Assembly (NCBI GenBank): GCA_963693365.1
Contig: CAVNZM010000004.1
Location: 6,016,564-6,080,563, forward strand
From: Amoebidium appalachense
Taxonomy: Eukaryota; Protista; Ichthyosporea
Direction of reading: 5' to 3'
DNA: 64,000 nt
The translations under genes and the position numbers were made by a program. Below the pieces are notes generated by a model that was not told the origin of the DNA, did not search any database, and worked only from the letters and a program-made list of their open reading frames with translations. This document shows positions 1-25,366 of the stretch, in pieces (the stretch's first letter is position 1; every line of letters starts with the position of its first letter).

Positions 1-53
1 AAATAACACCCACACACATTTTTAGCAAGTTTGTCAATTACGGTTCATTCCCC

Positions 54-84
<31 letters not shown>

Positions 85-399
85 AAAAAAAAAAAAAAAA
101 AGAGAGAAAAACTTACAACTAAATGAAACCCGGGAAAAAAGATATACAAGATTAAAGCAAGTAAAACCCGACAAAGCAACACAATCACCCCAAAATAAAA
201 CAACCCAGAAAAAAACATTTCAACAGCAAAAAAAAAACATTAGAACATACATGCAGAACACAACACCACCACCACCACCACCACCCATCAAAACACCACC
301 ATCCCCCCCCCCCCCCCCCCCCCCCCCCCTTCCCACCCGCCCCCTCCCCCCTCCCCCCCCTCCCCCCCCCCCCCCTCCGTCCTCTCCGCCCCCGCCCAC

Positions 400-12165
<11,766 letters not shown>

Positions 12166-12620
12166 CTTCAAGTCTGTGTTTGTTGTAAAACCACGATCTG
12201 CAAACAAAGGTACCCGACGGTCTGAACTGCCTAATAGTGAAAAGATTGGGCGGCCTCTCTGAATAAAGCTTCGCACATCGGTATACTGCAACTTTGGCTG
12301 CGCATACGGCTTTACCAGTAGTAGAGTAATACAAGAATAGTTGGTAGCAGGTGCTTGCATCGGCATACAACAAAGGACAGTAGCATACAACAAAGGACAG
12401 TAGCATGAAAACGAACGTAATGGTATCAGCCTCTCTTCTGACATGAAATACTCATAAAGAGTGTATGCTAACTGCAAACTATCCCCGTTTTAGTCACTCG
12501 CAAGGTGAGCTAACCCTTGCTCTTACTAGCCACAGTATTCTAACTTAAATAACACCCTTGCTACTAATACAGGTAGCTGTGTGCGCAGTGGCAATGGCGC
12601 ACCGGCGGCAGGCGGGCGAT

Positions 12621-12651
12621 TTTTCCCGCCAAATTGCTTAGTGCAGCCAAT
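12621..12651. promoter_or_regulatory. Overlapping inverted E2F site (TTTTCCCGCCAAA) plus CCAAT box upstream of POLE2, in the divergent POLE2/PKA promoter region
   Basis: TTTCCCGC and antiparallel TTTGGCGG at 12621-12633, CCAAT at 12647 (another at 12975), about 460 bp upstream of a replication gene. Confidence 0.6.
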
Positions 12652-13728
12652 CAAGCTCAGGTATGTTACGTTTGCTCCATCCGGCGACAGCATTGCATGA
12701 TAAGGCTACTCAAAGCAATGATGGCTCATAAGTGGCATTCTCATGAGCCGCAAGAAAAACTTCATAATAACAAAATAAAGGAAATAATATAACATCATAT
12801 AGTCCAATAGTATTTACTTTTCATTCTATTGCTATTTAATGGCACAATGATATCATATCTTGGCAACTGTGTTTGTGACTGCCTGTGTGGTATATCAATA
12901 GCTTTCAGTGCAGCGAATAAACTGCAGGTGTTAAAATGAAGAATGTTGGTGCTGTAGCTCCATCTTGAAAGTAACCAATCAGGGTGCAGGAAATCAACGA
13001 AGTCGTTTGCGGCAGCCCGGTGAACCGGCCGGTGCGATCGAACTTTCCTGTTCCAAAAATTCTTGTCTTACGGTCGAGTTTTTTGTAGGTGTTACACTGT
13101 GTATTATCGTTTAATCAAAGACGAATGCAATAACAAGGGGAAAGTAAAAACTAAAACGACGGAGGTTTTGGGAGGGTTTTTTATTGACTGGTAAGTTACT
13201 GAAAATAGGAACGGGATTAGGCATTGAAAGCCTTGGTGTAACAGTGCAGCTTCAGCCTTCCAATTCTGGTGACAGGACCTCGGTCAATGTACAGCTTTGT
13301 TGGGTGCATTCCTTCGGTCTATGCATCATTAAACTTGCTTAGAAGGACAGTTATAATTAACGTGTAGGCCGCTTGCGGTCTTATAGATAGGCCTTTTGTC
13401 TTTTTCTTATGTCTGAAGTAAGATTCCTTTGCTACCTCGCAGTGCCTGCACTGCTGGAATGACTGGGGATCAAAACTGCATGATTGAATAGCTTCTGGTG
13501 GAGATGCACCAGTCTTGTTCTAACTGTGTTTTGGCTACGATTATTTCATTTCTCATATTATGCGAGTTGGACACGTCTACCTGGCCGCATGATAGGGCTT
13601 GGCCTCACACGAGAAACTGGTTTAACGTAATACTGTAACAACCTTCAGAACCCCATTTCTAACCCTTTGGCTTGCAGCGGGAGGAGTGATATTCTCGACC
13701 ACTCCACGGCCAAACATCACCCGCCACC

Positions 13729-16381
13729 ATGGATGACATATTCAAGAGTAAAAGTAAGTGCCACCCCCCATGTTTTTGGTGTGTGCCCCTGCTTACCTTT
13801 TGGGTTCTAATCTAACATCTCTGCAGTGGGGAGCATGCTCCCGGGCTCCTACCGCAAGGCATCAACCAGCATAGCGCTCAAGACACAAAGAGAGAACTTT
13901 GATAAGAAAGTTCAGGGCCTCTACCAGAAGGAATTGGTAGGGTTTTTTTTTTGTTTTCTTGGTGCCCTGTTCGTGTCATCCTAACTTTGCCGTATTTGGT
14001 TGGTCATGAGTATTAATGCCATACAACCTTTGTTCTGAGTACACCAGCTGAGCTAGCTGAATAGTGTTTTAGCTTTGCTGGTTATGCTGCTTACCCTTGG
14101 CTATATTTTACTGTTAACATCACCTACAATTAGACGTTTGGTCTCTTGAATGACTGAAGCTCAGTGTCAACCCGTTTGACATCATCCTGGAGCTAACCAC
14201 TTCACTTTTTCTCAGCCAAAAGAGAACCAGCTTGCGAGGTTTGAGCTCTACAGAACCCTGGGCACAGGTTCTTTCGGCCGTGTGCTTCTTTGTAAGGTGG
14301 GTCCCCTTTGAAATTTCCCCTTCCTGCGCTGGTTTTGTTGCAGGATTTAATCATATAGTTCCCTATCACTGTTGGTCTTCTCTCTTCCCTCGCTACTTTA
14401 CTTCTTGACAGAGGATCTCTTCGGCATCACGGGCTGTCCTTCGTGTTCTACAGCCGTTCATTGTGTGTACTTAGCCCGTCTTTGTGCAATGCACGCAAGT
14501 TTTTGCTTTTGTGTGTGTCACACTCCCCTGTAATTCCTCCCCCTCTCCCCCCCACCTTCGCTTGTATTCTATGTTCTCAGGTTCCGAAAATCCACGCGCA
14601 GACACCATAACAGGTGTTCCCTCACCAGTTTTCCCACCATGTCATTACCGTTAACGACACAATGGTATCACTGCAATCACACCAGTGCATGCAGGCATCA
14701 ACATGCACACCACTCGAACACACACGTACTAAATGCACACACATGCAGGCCTTCTTCCCCTCCCCACCCCCCTCTCCCCCCGCCCTGCCCCGCACACCCC
14801 GCCCCCAACATACACACGTGCACACTCGCACGCGCACGCACACACACACACAGGCACTACACGTAGTGACTGGCATACCACTTTACTCCACTCCTTGTCT
14901 CTCTAGATCTCTCTCCCTCTATCCAATCCCCCCCCCCCCCCCACACCGCCTCGATTTCCCCTTCTCATTTTCCCTCTCCCCGGAACCATCCTGATGTTGG
15001 ACTCTGTTTAATAACGTTCTTCCAGCACGTTTTACATATTTGTGGGTTTTCAACGTCTTTGCTTCTGGTGCACACATCCCCCCCCCCCCCCCCGAAACCC
15101 CCGCTTCCCCTCCCCAACACACATCAATACAACCACCAAGCCTCTCTTACCTCCACTCGTGCAGCGTGTGCCCTCCCCCCAATCCCCAACTCCCTCGGTC
15201 TCATTCTCTCTCCTCCCCCCCCCTTCTCCCCCCTTCCCCTCCCCCCCCCTTTCTCCTCTCCCTCCACCCCCCTCCCTCCATTCATGCCGTGTCCTCTACT
15301 TTCTTCGTGGGCCACTGATAAACGGGTGCTGGCTGGTTGCAGGAGCGTGCGACGGGCAAGTTTTGTGCGCTGAAGATCATCAAGAAGGAGATTGTGATCA
15401 AGCTCAAGCAGGTCGAGCACACGGCAAACGAGAAGAACATCCTTGCATGCGTGGACTGCCCCTTTGTCATCAACATGGTCGACTACTTCCAGGTATGCGC
15501 AGGAAAAGAAAGAGAGAATGGGGGGGGTGGGAGGGGGGGGGGGGGGGGGGGGGGAGGGAGGGGGGGGGGGGGGGGGGGGGGGGGAGAGGGGGAGGGGAGG
15601 GGGTGGGGGGGGGGGGGAGAGGGATAAGGAGGGGGTGGGGGGGGGGGGGGAAGGTGGAGGGGAGAGGGAGGTGGGGGTGGGGAGGGGGGGGAGGGGAGGG
15701 GGGGAGAGAGGGAGGAAGGGATGGAGAGGCTCAGGGAAAGAGGGGCAAAGGAGGGAGATAGGTAACAGAGAAAACAATTCAACGGGCGAGAGAGAGAAAC
15801 GGGGGGAGGGAGGGGAGAGAGAGTGGAGGGGGAGGGGGGAGGGGGGAAGTGCGGAGGAAGGGAAAGAGGGGGGGGGGGAGAGAGAGTGGAGGACAAATGG
15901 GTAGTTTCGGGGGAAGCGAGTGGGGGAGGAGATGAGGCTGTCGGTAGAGGTGGCGGGAGAGGAAGTGCAGGTGGTGGTGCTGTGTGTGTAGTTGGTGGGG
16001 TTTGGGGGTGAATGAGTGGGTGAGTGTGTGTGTGTGGGGTGGGGGGGGGGAGGACTGGCGTCCCATTATACCAGAAACATTTGACAGGGCAGGACATGTT
16101 GATGGCAGTGAACACCCACTCACTTTCTCCTTGTTTTGATGTTTCACTCGTAGTAGTAGGGCGCTGCTGTTTTCGGCTAGAACTGGGTGATTTGATGAGA
16201 TACGTGCTGGTGGGGGGCACTCGCAGGACAAGGCAAGGGAGGGGGGGGGGGGGGGGGGGGGGGGATAGAGAGCTTCAAGCATATAAAGACTAAAGTCATA
16301 GGTCGAAGGGATGGGGTGTGAGCTCTGTTGTAAATTCAGAAGACGGGAGACGGGGGTTGGGGTGGGGTGGGGTGTGTGTGT

Positions 16382-16417
<36 letters not shown>

Positions 16418-16752
16418 GTCTGTAGTGGGGACAAAATAAATACACGAATTGTCAGAATGCAATGCATAGAAGAGCATTGCTGCACGTGCTGATGGGTGGG
16501 GGGGCACACACAGGACAAGCTCAACCTGTACTTCTGCCTGGAGTACATCAACGGGGGGGAGATGTTCACACACATCCACCGCAACCGATTCTTCAGCTAC
16601 GAGATTGCTCGGTTCTACGCTGCAGAGATAGTCCTGGCCTTCGAGTACCTGGTCCGTGTGTGCCTGTGTGTGTGTGGGGGGGGGGGGGGGAGGGGGGGGG
16701 GGGGGGGGGGGGGAGGAGAGGGGGGTGAGTGTGTGTGGGTGTTTGTGTTTGT

Positions 16753-16783
<31 letters not shown>

Positions 16784-16976
16784 GACTTGAGGCGGACGGA
16801 GGTTGAGGAGGGAGGGGGAAGTGAGTGAGTAAATGACGCCGTGGCGATGGAGGGGGGGTGCTGGGCAGGGGGGAGGGGGAGGGGGAGGGAGTTTGGGGGG
16901 GGGGATTGAGATATGAGAAAGGGCAAATGTGTGTTAAAATAATAGGGGTGCTTTTTGTGTGACGTGAACGTGTAAG

Positions 16977-17036
<60 letters not shown>

Positions 17037-17206
17037 ATGTCGAGAAGAGAAGGGGAATGGTGCTTGAATGGGCAAGGACCAAGTCTTACAGGGACAGACG
17101 GCATTTGGAAGGGATGGGGGCTGGACTGCCTCACAAGCTTCATGGCCACATGCTGCGTGCTAATCGCTTGGGTGGGAAGTGAAGGGAGTTGAGAGACGGG
17201 GTGTGT

Positions 17207-17262
<56 letters not shown>

Positions 17263-18017
17263 GGTTCCTATGTGTATGGAGGGGAGGGGGGGGGGGGGGG
17301 GGGGGGGGGGAGGAGGGTTGGGAGGGGAGGGGGAGGGGGATTGAGGGGGGGGGGGGGGGGGGGGGGGCGTCACTATTGAGAAAACTTAGTTCTGGTCTGT
17401 GGCTGTGTGGGGTGCTGACTGCCCCCTCTGTCTGCAGCACAACCTGGACATTGTCTACCGTGACCTCAAGGTATTTGCCCCTCCCCCCCCCCCCCCGTTT
17501 CCCCTCCCTTATCCCCTTCCTATACCACTTTCAAGCATCACATCACACTTTCTGCCCTTTTCTGTACGTCCTCGAGGGGGAGATTGAGGAGGATGTGTGC
17601 GTGGGGAGGGGAGGGGAGGGGGGAGGGGGGGGTGGGGGCGGTAGAAAGGGGGAGGGGGTGGGGCGGTGTTTGGGGGGGAGGGAGGGGGTGGGGTGGGGGA
17701 GCCAGGGGGAGGGGGGGGATGGGGGGAAAGGCATGGAGGCAGCAGCTGTTTTGTCTTTTGTGCATGGTCCTGGTTGATGTCAGCCGGCACCTTGCCTCTC
17801 CTTGTTTCTTTCCTCTTACTACTGTTCGGATGGACATGGTTGCTTTGTTCACAACCATTGGAAGCATCCCCATCCCACTTATGTGCTTGCCCGTGGTCGC
17901 GTTGTCTAGGATGTGGGTTCTTGTACGCTATGTCGATTGTCTCTCCCTTTCGCATCTCGTTTACTCTTCCTGTCAACCCCTTTGCGCGCGGCGCGCGCAC
18001 GCACACAAACACAAACA

Positions 18018-18057
<40 letters not shown>

Positions 18058-19506
18058 CGTCCCCACATACCTCTCCACCCCTCTTCCCAAACTACCTACA
18101 ACAACCCCAAACACAACCCCCCCCCCAACCCACCAACCTATGGGCCCCATATACATGCACACACTCCCTCCCCAACCCCACTTCGGCCCCTGCACCCCCG
18201 TTCTCCCCCCCCCCCCCCCCCCCCCCCTTTCCCCTCCCCCCTCCTACTTCCCCCTCTCCCCCTTTCTTGCATCCGTCTCCACCCCCCTTGCTAGTCGGTG
18301 CTAAAGCTTAACCCCGTACACACACAAACACACACACACACACACACACACACATGCACACATGCACGCTGCAGCCAGAAAACCTGCTGATCGACCGGCA
18401 CGGGCACGTACGTGTGACGGACTTTGGGTTTGCCAAGCGGGTGACGGACAGGACGTGGACGCTGTGTGGTACTCCCGAATACCTGGCCCCAGAGATCATC
18501 CTGTCTAAGGGCTACGCACACGCCGTCGACTGGTGGGCCCTGGGTACGTGCACACACACCCTGCATGCGTGACTTGTTGCACACACACACACACACACCA
18601 TGCATGCGTGACTTGTTGCACACACACACACACACCAAGCATGTGTGACTTGCTGCACGCGCTGATATGATGGTTTGCTTCTTCACTGGAGCCTATACGT
18701 CTGACGTGTTATCCCCTCCCCACCCCCCCCTCCCTCCCCCCCAAAACCACCACCACACACATACACACACACTTCTACACAGACACTCGCGCGCACACAC
18801 ACACGCACCTGCACGTGCCTTATATACAAGAAACCCTTTGTGTGTGCTCGTTTATATTTTGTTAGAGATGGCACCATGCCTTGTTTGTCTTGTCATTCGT
18901 GAAGTGTCCTTCATAAGAGATTCCAACCTTCTCCTCCCCTCCCCCTCCTCCTCCTCCCCCCCATTCCGGCCTGTCCGAACTGTTGGCCGTGGCTTGCTTC
19001 AAATAGCACGGGGGGTCTGTTTCTGTGTAGGCAGGCATGGGGCATGTTTTGTAAAAAGGTGTGAGATAATGACGGTGTGTGAATGGCTTTTTTTTGGGTG
19101 TGTGTGTTGGGGGGGGGGGGGGGGGGGGGGGGGATTTGCAGTTAGTTCTTGCCAGGTAGCTTTTGCATCGATCCCAGGCCCCATCCATCAGGTGCTTTAG
19201 CCCCTTGGCCTCACTTTCTCTCGAGTTCTCCAATATCACTTTGCCCTCCCCCCCCAATGCCCCCGCCGGTGAGTGCACACACACAGTCACCCACACACCC
19301 ACACCCCTAACCACCAACCAAGCAACCAAGCAATTTGTTCCATCTGCCTTGTGCCTAATCTGCTTGCTGCACGTGCAGGGATCTTGATCTACGAAATGCG
19401 GTCCGGGCATGCGCCGTTCTACGATAGCAACCAGATGGAGATGTACAAGAAGATTGTCGAGGGCAGGCTGGCTTTCCCGGCACACTTCAAGCAGGACGAG
19501 GTATCC

Positions 19507-19559
<53 letters not shown>

Positions 19560-20807
19560 GCGTGCGTGCGTGTGTGCGTGCGTGCGTGCGTGCGTGCGTG
19601 CGCGCGTGCATGGGCGCGCGCGCGCTGAAGATGTGTTGTTAAAATCATAGCTACACTGAGCCACCCGTTACTCCCCCCCCCCCCCCCCCTCCCCCCCCCC
19701 CCCCCCCTTCCCCCCTTCCTTTCCCCCTTCTCCTATTCACTCCCGATTTTTTTGGCGTGCTTGTTCAGCGGAATATGAAACTACGGGAGTGCAAGGAAAT
19801 GCCTAGTTCTTTGATCACTGGGTCCACATTCGCTCTGCCTCTCGGCATACTGCTGTGCATGCATGGAGTACACAGTGTAGTGTTTCGAGCCAGCAGAGGG
19901 TGAGGCCTATGCTTAACTGGGTTGTGGGGGGGCTTTCAGCGGGAGATCATTGCCGGGTTCCTGACGGGGGATCTGACACGGCGCTTGGGCAACATGAAGA
20001 ACGGCACAAAGGACATCCGCAACCACAAATACTTCAAGGTGGGTCATGCTTGTGTGCACATACATGAAAAATTCAGTTGCTCACGGACATCATGGTACAC
20101 ACACCATTGCATCCACACACACACACACACACAAGCACAAGCACACACAGCCATACGTGCATACAGACACACGCACACACGCACACGCACACGCACACGA
20201 ACTCGCACACACGCACACGCACACACACACACACACACACGCATGCATGCACACACACACACCGCACACACACACACACACTTTCTCACACACATGCCCA
20301 TACATCCACCCGCCCATTTCCCTTTACACCCACTGCTGCACAGAGGAGCATGCATGATGCCGTCACTCACCAATGATGGGTGACGTCACTCATCATTGAT
20401 TTGAATACCACTGCAGTTTCCCTCTAATTTCAGCCTAAACGCGCACTTCCCATGATCACTGCCATGCCCGCTTTCCGCCGTCCCCCCTCCCCCCTCCAGA
20501 CACACATGGCCCGTTTAACAGTTTTTTTTACTAATCAAACCCTCGCATTTTCCTTTGGTGTCATCTCGTCCCCCCTCCCCCCCTCCCCCCTCTTTTGGGC
20601 CCTCCCGGAGGATGGGCTCTGCTTATGACGCATACTGTGTGCATTGCTGATGTTGCTTACTTGAATATTTGCCTTTGCATGTGTTCTGCACCATGCTTCT
20701 CGTCGTGTTTATGTACTGTGTACCGGTTTTCGCATTTGCCAACCCCCCCCCCCCCCCCCCCCCCCTCACTCTCTCTCTAGCAAGGGTGACAAAGGGGTGC
20801 TGATTCA

Positions 20808-20843
<36 letters not shown>

Positions 20844-21611
20844 ACCCACCCCCCACCCACCACCACCACCACCACCACCACCACCACCACCACCCCCCAC
20901 CCTCCTCCTCCCTGGGGCCCCCTTGAGGATGGGCGCTGGTGATTATGCACTCCTTATGTGTGGCTTGCGCTTTGCATCGTGTTGTCCGTTGTTTATGTGT
21001 ACTTCTTACTTTCTAGCGCATTCAACCCCCCCCCCCCCCCCCCCCCCCTCCCGTTTTGGGTTCTGCTTTTGGTACGCGTTTGTGATATTGCATACTTGAA
21101 TGTTTGCTCCCGCATGTGTCCTGCACCGTGTTTCTAATCGTTTAGTTGTGCTTTGCGCCGTATTCCGCATGTTACCCCCCCCCCTCCCCCCCCCCCTCTC
21201 CCGCGGGCTAAGGGGTCGAAACTCAGACGCAATTGATGACTTGGGCCCTCCCTGAGGATGGGCTCTGCTTATGACGCATACTGTGCGCATGGATGATGTT
21301 GCATATGTTTGCCTTTGCATGTGTCCTGCACCATGCTTCTCATCGTGTATGCGTACTTCGTACCGTGTTCCGCATTCAAACCCCCCCCCCCCCCCCCCCC
21401 CTTCCCCCCCCCCCCTCTCACCCGTGCGCTTCTGTTTGTGCAGGGTATGGATTGGGACGCTCTGTATGCGCTTAAGGTGCCGTCACCGTACGTGCCCCGA
21501 GTGTCCCACGAGGGTGACGACAGCAACTTCGACCGCTATGACGAGGAAAAGATTGTCTGGGCCGGCGAAGGCGTCCGGGACCCCTATGAGGAAATCTTCA
21601 AGAACTTCTAA
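13729..21611 (+). CDS. PRKACA: cAMP-dependent protein kinase catalytic subunit (PKA-C), 10 exons, 364 aa
   Basis: Kozak GCCACCATGG. Exons 13729-13753, 13827-13936, 14216-14296, 15343-15492, 16514-16651, 17438-17470, 18375-18543, 19379-19500, 19940-20038, 21444-21611, all GT-AG and in frame. Motifs [57 protein letters not shown], terminal FKNF. Probable 5'UTR intron about 13191-13678. The symbol denotes the family, not a specific vertebrate paralog. Confidence 0.96.
20595..21380 (+). mobile_element. Four head-to-tail family X copies (20595-20742, 20913-21025, 21057-21174, 21201-21380) in the last PKA intron
   Basis: Repeated GAGGATGGGCTCTGCTTATGACGCATACT...TACTTCGTACCGTGTTCCGCATTCAAA, each followed by a C-run. 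Confidence 0.8.
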
Positions 21612-22574
21612 ATGCATATGCAATTGTGTGTGTTTGGGGAGGGAGGGGAGGGGGGGGGGGAGGGGGACGGGGAGGGGGAGGGGGGATGGAGGGCCGGTGT
21701 ACATGTGTGGGGGTGTGCGTGTGTGCTTGTGTTTGTGGTGTGTTTATACGAGCGCATGTGTGGACACGTGCGGAATTGTTGTGTGGTTGGGCCTGACACA
21801 TGTGCGAGTGTTATTGTTGTACTGGCGTGCGTCTATGGGAGGGCCGGGCCGTAGCTTATTGTGTGTTTATGTTTGTGTTTGTTTTATGATGTTGCAAGTA
21901 AGTGTGGGAGCAAGGGTATGCTATGCTTTAGAAAAGTAAATGAAACGGTTAGTTGATGCCTGTTGATGTGATTAATCCCTTCGCGACAGTCGCTTCACTG
22001 TATGCACGCAGTTAAGTTGGTTTGATAGTACAGTTAGTTGATGATAAATTATAACCCTTTAATCTAATGGCTTGATATATGCTTTACAAAAATAATAAAG
22101 CAGAAAATTCAAGCAGGCTGAGATTCTCCTTCAGATCTGGCCCAAATCTGACACTATGATAGTGGGTGAGTGCTAAGGTGAGGCCACATATGGGGGATTT
22201 GCGGTTTTTACTTGACTCGGGAGTGATATGTATGGCAGGTGTCATACACTCGAGGCCAACATAACGACAATATATTCATATGGTGTCACAGACCACGATT
22301 ACTATTAAATGCATTGCATATATATATAGCCACTTCCTTTAAGACATTGCTATATCGAGAAATGCCTACGAATCAAATCTGAGCTATTGGACGAGATAGA
22401 CTGAGATAGCCATGGTCGTGACAACCACAGTTTTTTGGTTAGAATGTAGCCCCTTTCTTCGGTGATATTATATAGGTACTAAGCAAATATTTGACGGTTA
22501 GAAACCATACCATGCCACACTGTGGCCGTGCTTGCTTTGTATTTATTTCGTGTCGACATACGTACATACCGTAA

Positions 22575-22735
22575 TCACGTGAACTCGTGTCACGTGTCTG
22601 CGCCATGTCAACCCGGTCGCTGATTGGTCCGGTTTGATGGCATTGCCGCGTGGCTCACGCCGCGAGCCATCAGATAAAGCCGTCACTTGTATACTCGAGC
22701 TCACTTCTTGCACCCTCCCAAGAGAACATCACGTG
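22575..22735. promoter_or_regulatory. Putative promoter of the hub gene: three CACGTG E-boxes and an inverted CCAAT
   Basis: TCACGTGA 22575, GTCACGTG 22589, ATTGG 22623, CACGTG 22730, all within 180 bp of the ATG at 22755. Confidence 0.4.
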
Positions 22736-22754
22736 TGTAAACCATCAACCTAGA

Positions 22755-22985
22755 ATGGCGGCTACAGGTATGCTCCCGCAAGACCCCATATATGCCAGTG
22801 AGAAGTGTGCTTATACACTGCTTTGTGGGCTTAATTGTTAGTAGCGGCAGGGCTTATAGCGCAGCCATACTATGGTACCTGCTAACTCATGACAACAACA
22901 ACCCCAAATCATCCCCGCTCCCCCCCACACACGCACACATACACACACACGCACGCACGCACACGCACACGCACACACGCACACA

Positions 22986-23041
<56 letters not shown>

Positions 23042-23223
23042 CAGTGTCGAGGAGCAGGTGCTCGCAGCCAACGTCCGGCTGCTGCAGTCCATCAAGGACG
23101 GTGACTGGGCAACCTACACCGGTAGGTCTTGTTATGTACCCTGTGGCTGGGGGTGTGGGTTGAGGTGCTGTTGATGAGGGTGATGCGTGGGTTGTGTGTT
23201 TGTTGTGGCGGTGGTGGTGGTGG

Positions 23224-23261
<38 letters not shown>

Positions 23262-24576
23262 GCGTATGCTGTGCTTGTGTTTGTGTGACGGCCGGTGGGG
23301 GTAAGGAGGGGTGGGGGGGGAAGGGGTAAGGGAGTTGGTTATGTGTTTGTGGATGTGTTTGTGTGTATGAAGAGCGGAGGAGGCGGTGAGCCGGAAGGGA
23401 GTAGGGGTTTGCGAAGAGAGCAAAGGGATTGGAGGGAAGGTGGCTTCCGTCTGTATGCTTTGTGGTTTTTTTTGCTGTAGTTAGCGGTGTTCGGCCTGCA
23501 ACGTGTACAACATGTTGTAGCTAAGCCCACGAAAGGGCAAGTGTAGTCGAGCGAAGTAATAGCCCACCATGATGCAGTCACGAAGTAAACGACGAAGATG
23601 GGTCAACCGACAAGCCAACATCTCACACGCACTACCACGTACACAGAGCTGTGCGACAGCAACATCAGCTGCTTCGAGCCCGAGACTAAGGGCTTCCTGG
23701 TGGAGGGTAAGACCAAACTCCCTGCCTGGGAACTATTGGCAGTTTCACTCCCTGCACGACCCATGACCCCTTCCTCCCTCTTCTTCCCCCCCTCCCCCTC
23801 CCCCCCCCCCCCCCACACACACACCCAACACCACAATCACCACTAACACATCCCTTCGCTCACTACTTACTGCCCAACCCATACTGCATAAAGGTGTCAG
23901 CATCCGGCATGTTCCTTGTGACGCTGTCAGGAGAAATTTTTAAGTACTTTTAAGTACTTAACTATGTTGGCTCACCAAGCGGTGTCTGTTTGTGTTCACT
24001 CGCAAGGTTAACTTATGCCCCCGAGCCCCTCCCCCCCCTCCCCCCCCCCCCCCCCCTCCTCTTCAGACCGCCCCCTCCCCCTCCCCCCTCTACCTTCGTC
24101 CGTGTTCCTTCTTGCTTGGACCCATCCAACTGCCAACGGTGCCTGCTCTCAATTGATACCACATGACCTGTGAATCATGGTGTGGTGCACTGCTGATTAT
24201 ATGTCTGTTCCCAGGTCTGCCCTTCCACAAGTACTACTTCGACATGCCGGGCAACCCGTGAGTACACCCCTACCCTCTAGACACAGTGCGTTGTTTGCTC
24301 ACCTGGCATGCTTTGTGGGAACGGGGGGTTGGTGTGTGTTTTTGTGTGTGTGTGTGTGTGTGTTTTTTTGGAGGGGGAGGGCGCGGCACGAAAGGGTGTG
24401 GTGTAACCGTTGTTCGGGGGGGGGGGGGGGGGGGGGGGGGGGAATAGGTCGCAGGGCTTTGAAAAGGTTAAGGGGTGCGGTTTTGCGCCCAGCACGCCAT
24501 TTTAGTCTGTTGTGGGAAAAATAAAGTGGTGAATGGGTGTGGTAGGTGGGTGGTAGGGCTATTTCCTGCCCGGAAA

Positions 24577-24610
<34 letters not shown>

Positions 24611-25366
24611 GGGGGGGGTGCGGGATATTGCCTGGAAGGAAAGCCGGAAGTCTGTGAATGGTTTGAGATTTATGGCAGTTGTCCAAGCTTTGTCATAGTT
24701 TGATATTTGGGATAGAGAACATATAGTGCTCCATGTGCATCTCGAACTCCCTGGAAATACGAGGTAGATAAAAGCTAGACCACCCCTCCCACTCTCCTCG
24801 CCCCCCCCTTTCCCCACCCTCTGCATTTCCCGCACCCCCACAAACTTCTGACACACCCGGCAACACATACATACCACTGTCACATGCAGACGGCACTCCA
24901 CATATACACCATGTACAAACACTGCTCTCCCCCCCAACCCCCCCCCCCCCCCCCCCCCCCCCCCCGCCCTCCCCCGCGCGCACACGCACACACACGCGCT
25001 CACACACACCACCACGCAAGTACATATGCACGTACACGTACACACACAGCTAGCTCTCCAGGCACATGTACAACACTGCCCCCCCCCCCTCCCCCCCCCC
25101 CCCCCCCCCCTCTCCTCCTCCCCCAAACACACACACACACACACGTACACACATATACGTACACGTACACATACAGCTCTGCGCCTGCCAGAAACACCGT
25201 GCTTGCACGGCCCAAGGTGCAGCTGCTTGCTGGTGGCAAGGTGGCCATCGTGACGTACAACCGCCTGACACAGATCCTAGGCGACACCGCCGTGGCCCAG
25301 GAGACACGTGTGTGGGAGCAGAGGGATGGGAAGTGGGTGCACGTGCACTTCCACAAGAGCACGTAA
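22755..25366 (+). CDS. Stand-alone CaMKII association (hub) domain protein, NTF2/SnoaL-like fold, 128 aa, 5 exons
   Basis: Exons 22755-22767, 23041-23121, 23647-23706, 24215-24257, 25177-25366 give [128 protein letters not shown]. This matches CaMKII hub motifs GDxxxY, FEPE...LVEG..FH.FYF, Y.RLTQ, ETRVW...DGKW..VHFH.S. Confidence 0.92.

Noticed and set aside
21205-21270. Hammerhead ribozyme in family X (GTCGAAAC, TTGATGA, CTGAGGA)
   Set aside because: Core boxes are present, but their order and stem II pairing do not fit type I, II or III topology by eye.
20038-23041. PKA-hub fusion by read-through splicing, mimicking CaMKII
   Set aside because: The last PKA donor is phase 0 while hub exon 2 needs phase 1; PKA has a normal FxxF stop and the hub has its own start exon.
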